This document shows positions 38,827 to 48,821 of a DNA stretch of 58,998 nt, piece by piece. The translations under genes were made by a program, and so were the position numbers. Each line of letters starts with the position of its first letter. Within the stretch, counting starts at the first letter, position 1. The notes below the pieces were generated by a model, which made no database searches, was not told the origin of the DNA, and was given only the letters and a program-made list of their open reading frames with translations. The stretch is taken from the IMG/VR virus record IMGVR_UViG_3300032295_004123, positions 1 to 58,998 of that record; one strand, 5' to 3'. The stretch comes from a virus (Duplodnaviria; Caudoviricetes).

Positions 38827-40020
38827 ATGAAAACACCTAAAAATCCAATACAACTTTTTAAAGTCCACATGGCCCCTACAGCTGCTGATGAAGTAGCTAA
38901 AGTATTAAATAGTGGTTATATAGGGCAAGGACCTAAAGTAGATGAATTTGAAAAACAACTTCAATCATTCTTTGAAGTTGATAAACTTGTTACTTTAAAC
39001 TCTGGCACCTCAGGACTACATTTAGCTCTTCATTTGCTTAAAAACCCTAAAAAAACTACTCAGGTTTATCATGGAGTAATAGCTACTGAAAACTATTGGC
39101 CCGGTTTACAACCTGGTGATGAGGTTTTGGCTACTGCTCTTACTTGTACGGCTTCAAATTTTCCTATTTTAGCTAATGGTTTAAAAATTAAGTGGGTAGA
39201 TATTGATCCTACTACACTTAATATGGATTTAGATGATTTAGAACGTAAAATCACTCCAACAACTAAAGCTATTATTTTAGTTCATTGGGGGGGTTATCCA
39301 AATGATTTAGATAGAATTAAAAAGATTCAAATGAAAGCCCAACAAATGTATGGCTTTAAACCTGCTGTAATTGAAGATGGAGCTCACTCATTTGGTTCAA
39401 AATATAAAGGTAAATACTTAGGCAACCATGGGAATATGGTAATGTATTCTTTACAAGCCATTAAACATATAACAGCAATTGATGGTGGTATTTTAACTTT
39501 ACCTCATCAAGAATTATATAATAGAGCTAAATTGATTCGTTGGTACGGAATTGATAGAGATTCTAATCGTAAAGATTTTAGATGTGAAGCCGATATCGAA
39601 GAATGGGGATTTAAATTCCACATGAATGATGTTTGTGCTACAGTAGGAATTGAAAATTTAAAACATGCTAGTGAATTAATAAAACAGCACCAAGAAAATG
39701 CTGCTTATTATGACAAACATTTATCTAACACACCTGGAGTAACCTTATTAAAACGTGAAGAGGGGTTTGAATCTGCATTTTGGATTTATTCCATGCTAGT
39801 AGAAGATCGAGATGGTTTCTACAAACACATGAAAAAGTGTAACATAGTAGCCTCTCAGGTACATGAAAGAAATGATAAACACACTGCAGTTAGAGAGTAT
39901 AAGTCTTCACTTCCTACATTGGATAAAACTATTAGTAAAGTAGTTTCAATTCCTGTAGGTTGGTGGGTTACCGAAGAAGAAAGAGAATATATTGTAAACT
40001 GTATTAAACAAGGATGGTAA
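38827..40020 (+). CDS. DegT/DnrJ sugar aminotransferase (perosamine synthase-like)
   Basis: NSGTSGL, EDGAHS, SLQAIKHITAIDGG with catalytic Lys; ATG at 38827 preferred. Confidence 0.85.
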   Translation: MKTPKNPIQLFKVHMAPTAADEVAKVLNSGYIGQGPKVDEFEKQLQSFFEVDKLVTLNSGTSGLHLALHLLKNPKKTTQVYHGVIATENYWPGLQPGDEVLATALTCTASNFPILANGLKIKWVDIDPTTLNMDLDDLERKITPTTKAIILVHWGGYPNDLDRIKKIQMKAQQMYGFKPAVIEDGAHSFGSKYKGKYLGNHGNMVMYSLQAIKHITAIDGGILTLPHQELYNRAKLIRWYGIDRDSNRKDFRCEADIEEWGFKFHMNDVCATVGIENLKHASELIKQHQENAAYYDKHLSNTPGVTLLKREEGFESAFWIYSMLVEDRDGFYKHMKKCNIVASQVHERNDKHTAVREYKSSLPTLDKTISKVVSIPVGWWVTEEEREYIVNCIKQGW

Positions 40021-40439
40021 CATTAAGACCTTTAACTAAAGAAGATTTACCTTTTTTACTAGAAGTAAGAAATGATTACTCTACCAGACGTAATCTAGAA
40101 AATGATTCTGTATTTACTTTAGAGCAATGTGAAAATTGGTTTAATAATTTAAAATCTCCTTGGTATATAATTGAAGTAAATAGATTTGCTGTTGGGTATC
40201 TAAGAACAAATGGAGATGAAATAGGGTGTGATATTCATCCTAATTTCCGTAGAAATGGATATGCTAAAATGGCTTATGAAATTTATTTAAAAGATAAAAC
40301 TTATGCTAGTTTATGGGTCTTTAGTGATAATTTTGCTAAAAATTTATATAAACAACTAGGTTTTAAAGAAACTGGAGAACGAGGGTTTGTTAGAGGGAGA
40401 AGTTATATAAAAATGGAATGGGGTGAAAATAGGAATTAA
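40014..40439 (+). CDS. GNAT N-acetyltransferase
   Basis: LRPL, IHPNFRRNGYA, AKNLYKQLGF. Confidence 0.85.
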   Translation: MVTLRPLTKEDLPFLLEVRNDYSTRRNLENDSVFTLEQCENWFNNLKSPWYIIEVNRFAVGYLRTNGDEIGCDIHPNFRRNGYAKMAYEIYLKDKTYASLWVFSDNFAKNLYKQLGFKETGERGFVRGRSYIKMEWGENRN

Positions 40440-41088
40440 TTTAGTAGGTGTATCTTTTAATGATGGTACTTATGGGCGTTATAGAAACTATAAAGATGCT
40501 ATAAATGAATTTAACACATGGATAGTTAACCCATTAAAAGAAGAAGGACACGAAGTATTATTTTACATTTGTACCTACTATAATGATAAATTAAAAGAGA
40601 TAGAACAAGATTATAAACCTCAAAACTTTGTTATTGCCCCTCCATCTTACAATAATTTAGGTGGAGGTGATAAAGTAGGATCATATAAAGCTATTTCTTC
40701 TATTTATTTAAATAGTTTAAATTTTCTTCAAAACCAAGACTTAGATTTAATTATTTCAACTAGGTTTGATATAAAATTTTTTAAAAATCCCTTTAAAGAA
40801 TATAACTTTGATTTTACTAAATTTAATTTTCTTTGGAGAGAACCTGAGTATACTAATTTACCTATTGTAAATGATACTTTTGTAGTGTTTCCTTACTCTA
40901 TGTTAGATAATGTTATATCATCAATTGAAGAAATGGAAACTAATCCACCTGAAGGTATAAATGTAGCTATGCATAATTGGTATCTTCCTATGGTTAATCA
41001 AGTTGGAGCTGAAAATGTTCAATGGGTTGATGATGAATTTAAAAATGCTATAACTAATGATCTTTATATTTTAACTCGCCATGACTAA
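40423..41088 (+). CDS. Putative glycosyltransferase-like protein
   Basis: LDLIISTRFD; similar to 27062 and 38115. Confidence 0.5.
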   Translation: MKIGINLVGVSFNDGTYGRYRNYKDAINEFNTWIVNPLKEEGHEVLFYICTYYNDKLKEIEQDYKPQNFVIAPPSYNNLGGGDKVGSYKAISSIYLNSLNFLQNQDLDLIISTRFDIKFFKNPFKEYNFDFTKFNFLWREPEYTNLPIVNDTFVVFPYSMLDNVISSIEEMETNPPEGINVAMHNWYLPMVNQVGAENVQWVDDEFKNAITNDLYILTRHD

Positions 41089-41845
41089 AATTATCAGTGG
41101 TTACCTTTGGGCCTATCGAAATGTAGATTCAGGAATAAAATCTCTCCAAAGCCTTCAAAAACACTACCCGAATGCTGATTTATTTATAAATGTAGATTAT
41201 GAGGGGGATTTAATTAATTATCAACAACGTGGTTTAGAAATAGGAGCTAAAACTTCAATTAATCTTTTCCAATTAGGTTATTGTGGTAACTTTGGTAACG
41301 TCCAGGTAGGTAGAGAGTGTTGGGATAAAAAAGCAACTTTTGAATGGTTTAGAGGTTTTTATGAGGCCTGCAAAAAAACAGATTCTTATTATATGCTTCT
41401 TTTAGAAGAAGATGATTTTGTTTTAAAACCTATTACTATTTTACAATATGATTTTAGCATAGCGATTCACCCTACAGCTCCTAGCCCAACAGGTAGAATG
41501 AGACCTAATTATATTAATCAAGAATTTTTTGATTATTCTAAACAACATGGTGGAGTTGATAATTGTCCTGGGTATGCATCAGGTGGGGGAACTATAGTAA
41601 ATAGAGAACAATTTATAAAAGCTTGGGAAGATTGTAAAGATCATTTCTACCAAAATTATGATGATTTAGTAAAAATCAACAAAATTATAGGTTGGATTGA
41701 TTTCAGTTTACAATATGTTATGATGCTTGGGGGGTATGAAGTAATTCAAAATCCTACTCTTTGTGAACATTGGGAAGTCCCTACAGGCTGGGAGCAATTT
41801 GATATTATTACGGGTTTAAAAGACCATACTTTAATTGAACTATAA
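41081..41845 (+). CDS. GT-A fold glycosyltransferase-like protein
   Basis: LLLEEDD, GGGTI. Confidence 0.55.
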   Translation: MTKIISGYLWAYRNVDSGIKSLQSLQKHYPNADLFINVDYEGDLINYQQRGLEIGAKTSINLFQLGYCGNFGNVQVGRECWDKKATFEWFRGFYEACKKTDSYYMLLLEEDDFVLKPITILQYDFSIAIHPTAPSPTGRMRPNYINQEFFDYSKQHGGVDNCPGYASGGGTIVNREQFIKAWEDCKDHFYQNYDDLVKINKIIGWIDFSLQYVMMLGGYEVIQNPTLCEHWEVPTGWEQFDIITGLKDHTLIEL

Positions 41846-42744
41846 TGTTACATATAATAATTCATACTTTACCTTACGAACTTAATGCCTTAGAACAAAC
41901 ATTAATCCAGTTAAAAAGGTCCAGTCAATATCTAAATGAGAATCATAGAGTAAGAATTGAGGTTTTATTAAACACTAATCTAGTAGATTGGTCCTTTTCA
42001 GTCCTAGATATAAATTTTTTCAGCTCAGCCTATCACGAGTTAATTAAAATAAATGAAGATTGGGCCGAGTGTGTTTTAAGGATAGATACTGAAGGTAAGT
42101 TTTTAGGGTGTAATGATTTAAGACGACATACTTTTAGAACAACAGATGCTGATTATGTTATGTATCTGGATACTGATGTTATTTTTAATGATACTTTATT
42201 AAGAAGAATATTTGATAGTATTGAACTTGTAACTAATCCTTTATGCATTATCACTCCCCAACTCACCAGAATGTGGGACACTACTTGGGATGTAGTTAGT
42301 AATGAAAGTTTTTTCAATGAGGAAGCAACTCATGAAAATTATTTTAACAGAGATCCTTATAAAAGTACCTTTTTTAATTCTAGTATTAATCTTAAACCTA
42401 TATCTGAGTTTAAGTTTGCTGGGTGGGGTACTGTAATTGCAACTAAATTGGGTAGATTTATTGATATTCCTGATTCATTAGGTCCTTATGGATTAGATGA
42501 TACTTTTATCATGTATGCCTGTGGAATAATGAAACATCATAATATTCACCCTCAACAATATGTTATTGAAGGTGAACTTGTTATTGAAAATAATAAGTTT
42601 AGGTTGGAGTATTTAAAGTCTTTAATTAAATTTATAGATAGAAAAGAAGAATTTACTCAACAATCCCATTCTAATTTCCAACCTGAATTAATTAAGTTCA
42701 ATGAAAAACTTACTGATAGGGAACATAACTCGGTACACCCCTGA
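41845..42744 (+). CDS. GT-A fold glycosyltransferase
   Basis: YLDTDV DxD motif, YGLDD. Confidence 0.65.
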   Translation: MLHIIIHTLPYELNALEQTLIQLKRSSQYLNENHRVRIEVLLNTNLVDWSFSVLDINFFSSAYHELIKINEDWAECVLRIDTEGKFLGCNDLRRHTFRTTDADYVMYLDTDVIFNDTLLRRIFDSIELVTNPLCIITPQLTRMWDTTWDVVSNESFFNEEATHENYFNRDPYKSTFFNSSINLKPISEFKFAGWGTVIATKLGRFIDIPDSLGPYGLDDTFIMYACGIMKHHNIHPQQYVIEGELVIENNKFRLEYLKSLIKFIDRKEEFTQQSHSNFQPELIKFNEKLTDREHNSVHP

Positions 42745-43504
42745 TAAAATCCACCATTGGGTCCAATCTGCCAAAAAACATTTCTCAGGAGAAATTTTAA
42801 CTATAGTGTATGATGTTCCTGAAGAAACCCTTCAATATCTTAAAGAAAATAATGTTAGTGTAGTTGTTACTCAACCTACTGGATTACATATAGTAGTTCA
42901 AAGATTTTTAGACATTTATAATTTTTTGACTCAACACTCTGATTATGAGTATGTTGTAGTTACTGATGTTAAAGATGTAATATTTCAAAGGGATCCTATA
43001 AAACATATAAAGGATGTTTATAAGATGCAATTTGATAAAGTAATAGTAGGAAGTGAGGGTCTTAAGTATGTAGATGAAGATTGGGGAAATAATAACTTAG
43101 CTACTTGTTATCCCCACTTATATGAAAATCATAAAGACAATGAAATTTTTAATGCTGGGACTTTTGGGGGTGTATCTTCTTATGTTAGAGATCTTTGTTT
43201 TAGTGTATTCCATCTTAGCTTAGTCGGGACACAACATGATCCTCAACCTGATCAAGCAGCATTTAATCTAATCCTTAATACCCAACCTTGGAAAAAAGTA
43301 ACTTGTTTTAATTCCTTAGAAGAGAGTTGGTGTGCTCAGTTAGGAACAACCTTAGACCCTAAAGTTGCATCCAAATACACTTCCAAATTATTATCCAATC
43401 CCCCAGTAATAAAAAATAATCAAGTTTTTACCCACTCTGGAGAATTATATTGCATAGTTCACCAATATGATAGGATTCCAGGGTTAGAGATAGAATATTT
43501 ATAA
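42701..43504 (+). CDS. GT-A fold glycosyltransferase-like protein
   Basis: TDVKDVIFQ, NAGTFGG, DQAAFN, VHQYDR. Confidence 0.65.
   Translation: MKNLLIGNITRYTPDKIHHWVQSAKKHFSGEILTIVYDVPEETLQYLKENNVSVVVTQPTGLHIVVQRFLDIYNFLTQHSDYEYVVVTDVKDVIFQRDPIKHIKDVYKMQFDKVIVGSEGLKYVDEDWGNNNLATCYPHLYENHKDNEIFNAGTFGGVSSYVRDLCFSVFHLSLVGTQHDPQPDQAAFNLILNTQPWKKVTCFNSLEESWCAQLGTTLDPKVASKYTSKLLSNPPVIKNNQVFTHSGELYCIVHQYDRIPGLEIEYL
43494..43503 (+). promoter_or_regulatory. AATATTTATA putative late promoter motif
   Basis: Identical motif at 4790, 5885, 10613 and 57484, each just upstream of a start codon. Confidence 0.5.
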
Positions 43505-43506
43505 AC

Positions 43507-43821
43507 ATGGAAACAGCAGCTAGACTCTCAATACCCCTAAAATTAGACATAAAATATAATGACCCAGAAGATTTAGAGAATTTAGTTTTAAGTGAAGAGT
43601 TTTGTGATTTAGTAATAGAAAATGCATTAGCAGCTTTAAAACAAGCAATACGCAAAAATAAAAGTGAATGTGTTTTATTTGATCTAGTTACTTATAACTT
43701 TAAGGTTAAACTCCCTAAATCCCAATACAAACTTCTATTAGATGAAATAATTAAATATTATGAAGTTAGGGAAGATTATGTTAAATGTAAAGAATTATTA
43801 ACCCTAAAATCCAGATTATGA
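43507..43821 (+). CDS. Hypothetical protein (UVR-like C-terminus)
   Basis: YYEVREDYVKCKEL; resembles 45612 ORF. Confidence 0.55.
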   Translation: METAARLSIPLKLDIKYNDPEDLENLVLSEEFCDLVIENALAALKQAIRKNKSECVLFDLVTYNFKVKLPKSQYKLLLDEIIKYYEVREDYVKCKELLTLKSRL

Positions 43822-43987
43822 GTTTTTGTTTTTATTATATCCGTAAAGATGAGTCTAAAGAAATTTTAGGTAAAGCCCATTTTTATTACTCCAGATTAGA
43901 GGCCGCTAAAGAATTTGCTAAACAAAAACAATTGCCCCTTAAAGAATTTCTTAAAATTTGGGCGGTAGATAAAAAAGAAATGTTTTA

Positions 43988-44395
43988 ATGAATCCAAAAA
44001 AAGATTTTAGAAATCTCTTTAGAAAAGTATTGGGTGTTGATATAGAAATAGAAGGTACTCAATTAACCCCTGAAGAGTTAGAAAGAAAGAATTTTATCTT
44101 ATTTATAGAAAACTACCAAAAAGCTATTATAAGATCAGTAGAAGTAGAAGATAAATATAATTTAGATCTTTGGTCATGGGATGATATGTATGCCAAGGCT
44201 TTAGAAGGTCTTATAAATTTTACTTTTGACGAACTTGTTGCAGAATTAATTCTTTGGTTTGTTTATGAACAACACTTAGCTGAAGATGAAAATGATCTTA
44301 TTGTTACTGATTTAGATGGAAATAAAGTTAAAATACAGACCGCTGGAGAACTTTACGATTTTATAATAAAACTAGAAACTGATACAGATGCATAG
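43988..44395 (+). CDS. Hypothetical protein
   Basis: 135-aa ORF. Confidence 0.6.
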   Translation: MNPKKDFRNLFRKVLGVDIEIEGTQLTPEELERKNFILFIENYQKAIIRSVEVEDKYNLDLWSWDDMYAKALEGLINFTFDELVAELILWFVYEQHLAEDENDLIVTDLDGNKVKIQTAGELYDFIIKLETDTDA

Positions 44396-44702
44396 AGAAT
44401 GCTCAGGATGTGGAGAACTTATTAATCCCAAACGTTTAGAAATTTTACCTAACACCAAATTTTGTGTTAATTGTAGCGATTCAGGTCGTAAACGCGGGGT
44501 TACAGTTCAATTAGGCGAAGGCGATCATAGTTACACGGACATTGTGATTTTGGATGAACCCGAGTTTATAGACTTTATAGTAAAAGAACCGGCTTTTTCT
44601 AAACCACAAATACATGAAGTTACTAACTTTGATGAGGAAGATGAAAAACAAGACTTCATTCAAAACTTTGATGTTGAAAATCTAGAAGGAGATTTTGAGT
44701 AA
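44388..44702 (+). CDS. DksA/TraR-type C4 zinc-finger protein
   Basis: CSGCGELINPKRLEILPNTKFCVNC. Confidence 0.75.
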   Translation: MHRECSGCGELINPKRLEILPNTKFCVNCSDSGRKRGVTVQLGEGDHSYTDIVILDEPEFIDFIVKEPAFSKPQIHEVTNFDEEDEKQDFIQNFDVENLEGDFE

Positions 44703-45340
44703 TGCCCTTACCTAAACCTTTAACTAAAGAACAAATTTTAGCTGCCATGTCGCAGACCAAGTCTAATAGGTCTGCTGCAAGGTGGTTAAATCTTTCCTAT
44801 ACCCATTACAAGAAATGGGCTAAATTTTATATTGATGAGGAAAGTGGTAAAAATTTATTTGACAAACATTTAAACCAACAAGGTAAAGGTATTCCTAAAT
44901 TCCTTAAAAATAGTCGTAAAGTTCCAGCTCTTAATGATTTATTAGAGGGTCGTGTACCTATGACTAATTTTAACCCAGAAAAAGTTAAAAAAAGATTATT
45001 TGAGGAAGGACATTTAAATGAAGAATGTTACATGTGTGGTTTTAATGAAAGACGCATATTAGATTACAAAATACCTTTATTACTTCATTTTAAGGATAAT
45101 AATAAAAAGAACTATAGATTAGAGAATTTAGAAGTTCTTTGTTATAATCATTATTTTTTAACAATTGGTGATATATTTAGTGCCAAGGACGAAGAGCAAA
45201 TTGAAACTTCAAGACCACTAAATAACACTACTGATGCTGTTAATTTTGATCTTGATGAGTATCAAATTCAACGTCTTAGAGAATTAGGGTTGTATGATCC
45301 ACCTAAGGACGATGATTTGGACTTAATATCAAGAATTTAA
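44702..45340 (+). CDS. HTH plus HNH-like (degenerate) protein
   Basis: RSAARWL HTH; CYMCG..LLLHFKDNNKKNYRLENLEVLCYNH. Confidence 0.65.
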   Translation: MPLPKPLTKEQILAAMSQTKSNRSAARWLNLSYTHYKKWAKFYIDEESGKNLFDKHLNQQGKGIPKFLKNSRKVPALNDLLEGRVPMTNFNPEKVKKRLFEEGHLNEECYMCGFNERRILDYKIPLLLHFKDNNKKNYRLENLEVLCYNHYFLTIGDIFSAKDEEQIETSRPLNNTTDAVNFDLDEYQIQRLRELGLYDPPKDDDLDLISRI

Positions 45341-45611
45341 AATGGCAAGATCTGTTAAAAAAAGAGGATTTCAACACAAACCTAAAAGTAGAAAATCAAT
45401 TCTTAATGAATTAAAAAGAACTACTAATAATTTTTTAGTATTAAAAAAACTATCCAACCATGAAACACAAAAAACATGATAAGATAGTAAATGATTATCA
45501 AAATGTTAAGTCAAAACATTTAGAAAAACTTGCGACAAATCTTTTGGATACGCAAGAAAAATTTGATAAATTTAGAGAAAAGAAAACGGATGGTAAATTT
45601 TTAAATTTGTT

Positions 45612-45917
45612 TTGATGGTGCCTCTAATTAAAGTCCAAACCATAGAAGAATTCGAATCAATTCTTCTTCAAAAAGACTTCCGCATCTCAGAAGCTATAGT
45701 AACTCAAGCCCTAAAACACCTTAATTCAGGTAAAAGATTTATTCCGGTTTTAGAAGTAGAGGTAATTGATGATGGTGAAATATTTGATATTACTTTAGAT
45801 AGAGTTAATATGGTAGAAACTTTAAAACAAAATTTAGAAATATTTGAAGCTAATGAAGCTTATGAAGGGTGTGTCAAAATAATTAATGCAATTAAAGAGC
45901 TTGAAACCAAATCCTAA
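45612..45917 (+). CDS. Hypothetical protein (UVR-like C-terminus)
   Basis: FEANEAYEGCVKI. Confidence 0.55.
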   Translation: MMVPLIKVQTIEEFESILLQKDFRISEAIVTQALKHLNSGKRFIPVLEVEVIDDGEIFDITLDRVNMVETLKQNLEIFEANEAYEGCVKIINAIKELETKS

Positions 45918-45939
45918 TTAACTTTAAAACTAAAAGGTT

Positions 45940-46509
45940 ATGTTTTACAAATTCAACACTGAAAGTTTGACTTTTGAGAAGATCAAACTTCATAAAATTT
46001 ACTTCAACACTGGAGTTATTTTTGTTTTAGCCTTATTTTTGGCTTATGGAGTAGGTAGAATGACGAAAATTTATTCTTTAAAACCCTACGAAAAAGAGAT
46101 CTTATTAGTTAATATGGATCACCCTCCATTTAATGAAGATGAACTTATCGATTTAATGAAAGAATTAAACATTAAATTTCCCCATATTGTTCTAGCACAA
46201 GCATATTTGGAAAGTTCATATAAGGGGAAGCGCTTTAATTCCCCCATCTTTAGACATAATCACAATTTGTTTGGGATGAGGCAAGCTAAACAACGCATCA
46301 CTACAGCCCTAGGTACCAAACGTAAACATGCCTACTACCAGGATTGGACCAAATCAGTTTACGATTATGGTTATTACCAAGCAACATTCCTGAGTCGAAT
46401 CAAAACCGAGGAGCAATACTTCAGATACTTAGGAAATAGCTACGCAGAAGACCCTAATTATCTACTTAAGATTAAAAAACTCTCAGCCAAATTAAAGGAA
46501 AAATTTTAA
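45940..46509 (+). CDS. Membrane-anchored glucosaminidase (GH73-like)
   Basis: TM helix; LAQAYLES, NHNLFGM, YAEDPNY. Confidence 0.8.
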   Translation: MFYKFNTESLTFEKIKLHKIYFNTGVIFVLALFLAYGVGRMTKIYSLKPYEKEILLVNMDHPPFNEDELIDLMKELNIKFPHIVLAQAYLESSYKGKRFNSPIFRHNHNLFGMRQAKQRITTALGTKRKHAYYQDWTKSVYDYGYYQATFLSRIKTEEQYFRYLGNSYAEDPNYLLKIKKLSAKLKEKF

Positions 46510-46549
46510 TATGTATTAACGGTTTTTATTAATCGTTAATATATTTGAT

Positions 46550-46693
46550 ATGGCTAAAATTAAGGGACAAACTGTTACAATCTTTTTAAAAAAACCTAAA
46601 AAAAGAAGACCTGGGGTGCATGCTAAAACTAAACAGTCTTCTCATAAGCATGGGAAACACTATGATAAGCCATATGTAGGGCAAGGAAAATGA
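46550..46693 (+). CDS. Small basic protein (47 aa, not in the ORF track)
   Basis: MAKIKG..KKPKKRRPGVHAK..YVGQGK. Confidence 0.55.
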   Translation: MAKIKGQTVTIFLKKPKKRRPGVHAKTKQSSHKHGKHYDKPYVGQGK

Positions 46694-47043
46694 TAGAAAC
46701 ATTTCTTATATACCTTTGTGTTATTTGGGCTTGCTGGACGTTAATTTCTTCATTATATTCGGGGAATAAATGTAATAAATGCACTAAATATGAGTAAAAA
46801 CAGCGCTCGCCAAAATGCCCAAACCTTTATAGAATGGTTAAATTGGGCCAAAACCAAATACCCAGAACTCAAAAAGAAAAGAAAACAACGACCTGAGTAT
46901 ATGGTTTATAATGAGGAATATTGAGATCCCGGGTTCAATGTTAGAACTTGTTTTTAGTCTTCCTGACGAACATCTTGCAGAGATTGCTATGGAGAAACCT
47001 CAAATTCTCCATAGCATCTGCATTGGTTTAACTTTAGAGTTAT

Positions 47044-47793
47044 ATGAAATTGAACGAATTAAAAGTTCTAGTAATAGGGGAATCGTGCATTGATAAATTT
47101 ATTTATTGTAGCACTAAACGTTTATCACCTGAAGCCCCGGTTCCTGTACTTAATCCTGTAGAAACAACGATTAATGGTGGGATGGCAGCTAATGTGGTTG
47201 CTAATGTTAAAGCATTAAAACCTGATGTTCAAATAATACATTTGACTTCCTATTCTAAGGTAACTAAAACTCGTTATGTTGATTCTAAATCGAATCATAT
47301 GTTTATTCGAGTCGATGAAGGTGAAGAAACAATAACCCCTATTGAGTGGTCTGCTGATGTTGAGAATTTTATTAAAAATTCAGATATTGTAATTGTAAGT
47401 GATTACAATAAAGGTTATTTAGATAATACTAATTTATGGACTATAGGCCATTTAGCTAAATTATCTATTTTAGATACTAAACGTAAATTAACTCAAGAAA
47501 TAGCTGATAAGTTTACTTTTATTAAATTAAACGAAAGTGAATTTCAAAATAATAAACATCTTAATCCTGATAATCTTATTGTTACTTTAGGATCCAAAGG
47601 AGTACTTTACGACGATAAACTCATACCCCAGGAAAATCCTAAACAAACCATAGATGTATCAGGAGCTGGAGATACATTTACTGCTGCCTTTATTCTTAAT
47701 TATTTTGACTTTGGGGATGCTGAACAAGCTATTGTGTGGGCAAATGTAATAGCCAGTAAAGTAGTTTTAAAAAGAGGTGTGGCTACGCCCTGA
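47044..47793 (+). CDS. RfaE/HldE-like PfkB sugar (heptose) kinase domain
   Basis: RLSPEAPVPV, GGMAANV, KTR, SDYNKG, DVSGAGDT. Confidence 0.88.
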   Translation: MKLNELKVLVIGESCIDKFIYCSTKRLSPEAPVPVLNPVETTINGGMAANVVANVKALKPDVQIIHLTSYSKVTKTRYVDSKSNHMFIRVDEGEETITPIEWSADVENFIKNSDIVIVSDYNKGYLDNTNLWTIGHLAKLSILDTKRKLTQEIADKFTFIKLNESEFQNNKHLNPDNLIVTLGSKGVLYDDKLIPQENPKQTIDVSGAGDTFTAAFILNYFDFGDAEQAIVWANVIASKVVLKRGVATP

Positions 47794-47833
47794 TTTGTTT
47801 GTATCTTTACCCAAAAGTTAAAAAATAAAAGTT

Positions 47834-48118
47834 ATGTCTAATTATTCTCTCCCCAAAGGTCGTCCTTCAGAAAAACCAGCTGAACTTAGGTTAAAATATA
47901 CCCAAGTATTTGAAAGAGATGGTATTAAAACTACTTGGATTTGGGATAAAACCATTTTTGCTAATGGTCCTATTTCTGTAGAAGTAGAATATCCTAAAAA
48001 TTTTAAGAGCTATGAAGAAGAACAAGCAACATTATCTGCTACTAAGCGAATGTATTTTGATGAAGTAGAAGGTTATTACGTTAGTTATCAAACAGCTAAA
48101 AAGAAAGGTATTATATAA
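47834..48118 (+). CDS. Hypothetical early protein
   Basis: Preceded by TATCTTTA (47802) and aaaaataaaagtt leader. Confidence 0.6.
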   Translation: MSNYSLPKGRPSEKPAELRLKYTQVFERDGIKTTWIWDKTIFANGPISVEVEYPKNFKSYEEEQATLSATKRMYFDEVEGYYVSYQTAKKKGII

Positions 48119-48150
48119 TTTGATTTTTTAAAGGAGGTTTTGTATCTTTA
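48119..48150 (+). promoter_or_regulatory. Early promoter variant
   Basis: TTTG-N20-TATCTTTA. Confidence 0.65.
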
Positions 48151-48182
48151 CGAAGTAAAGTTTTATATAAACTATTCCTCTT

Positions 48183-48407
48183 ATGAATCAGAAATATACC
48201 GTTACCGAATCTTATAAAAAAGCCAGACAAGCAGTAAAAGAGGGAAATCTAGATTTAGCTCGTGATCTTTTTGATTTTGGATTGATGATAGTAGCTAAAG
48301 AAAGATATGAAGGTAAAGAAATTGATGATTTAATAGAAGGAGTTAAAATTAGTTTATGGTTGGAACGTTTTTGGTATGGTTTAGAAAATAATAATTTATT
48401 GTTATGA
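48183..48407 (+). CDS. Hypothetical protein
   Basis: ORF after promoter. Confidence 0.55.
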   Translation: MNQKYTVTESYKKARQAVKEGNLDLARDLFDFGLMIVAKERYEGKEIDDLIEGVKISLWLERFWYGLENNNLLL

Positions 48408-48658
48408 CAAAGTACATTGAATTAAACGGTTATGGGAATCACAAAAAGCATTTTATTCCTGTAAAAGCAATTGCTGACATCTGCTTCGAAGACAACTACA
48501 CCTCAGTTTATTTAAATACTGGAGCGTGTGTGAATGTAGTAGAAGATGAGAGTCAAATTAAGGCTTTATTCGATTTTTTGGGAGTTAATTTAATCTCTTA
48601 CCCACCACAAGAAAGTTTCTTTGATGATTATCAACCTGATGATACTCTTCCTTTCTAA
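48404..48658 (+). CDS. Hypothetical protein
   Basis: Acidic C-terminus DDTLPF. Confidence 0.55.
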   Translation: MTKYIELNGYGNHKKHFIPVKAIADICFEDNYTSVYLNTGACVNVVEDESQIKALFDFLGVNLISYPPQESFFDDYQPDDTLPF

Positions 48659-48821
48659 TGAAAAAGAAATCAGTCAAAATCTTTTTAGAATACTCTGATG
48701 CTTTTATATACTGTGTTCTTAATGATATTAAGAATTATAGAGTGGTTAAACACCCTTCTGGTAAGGGGGGGTCTACTCGAAATTGGTTTGTATTTTTATC
48801 TAATGGTAAACCCCTAAAGGC

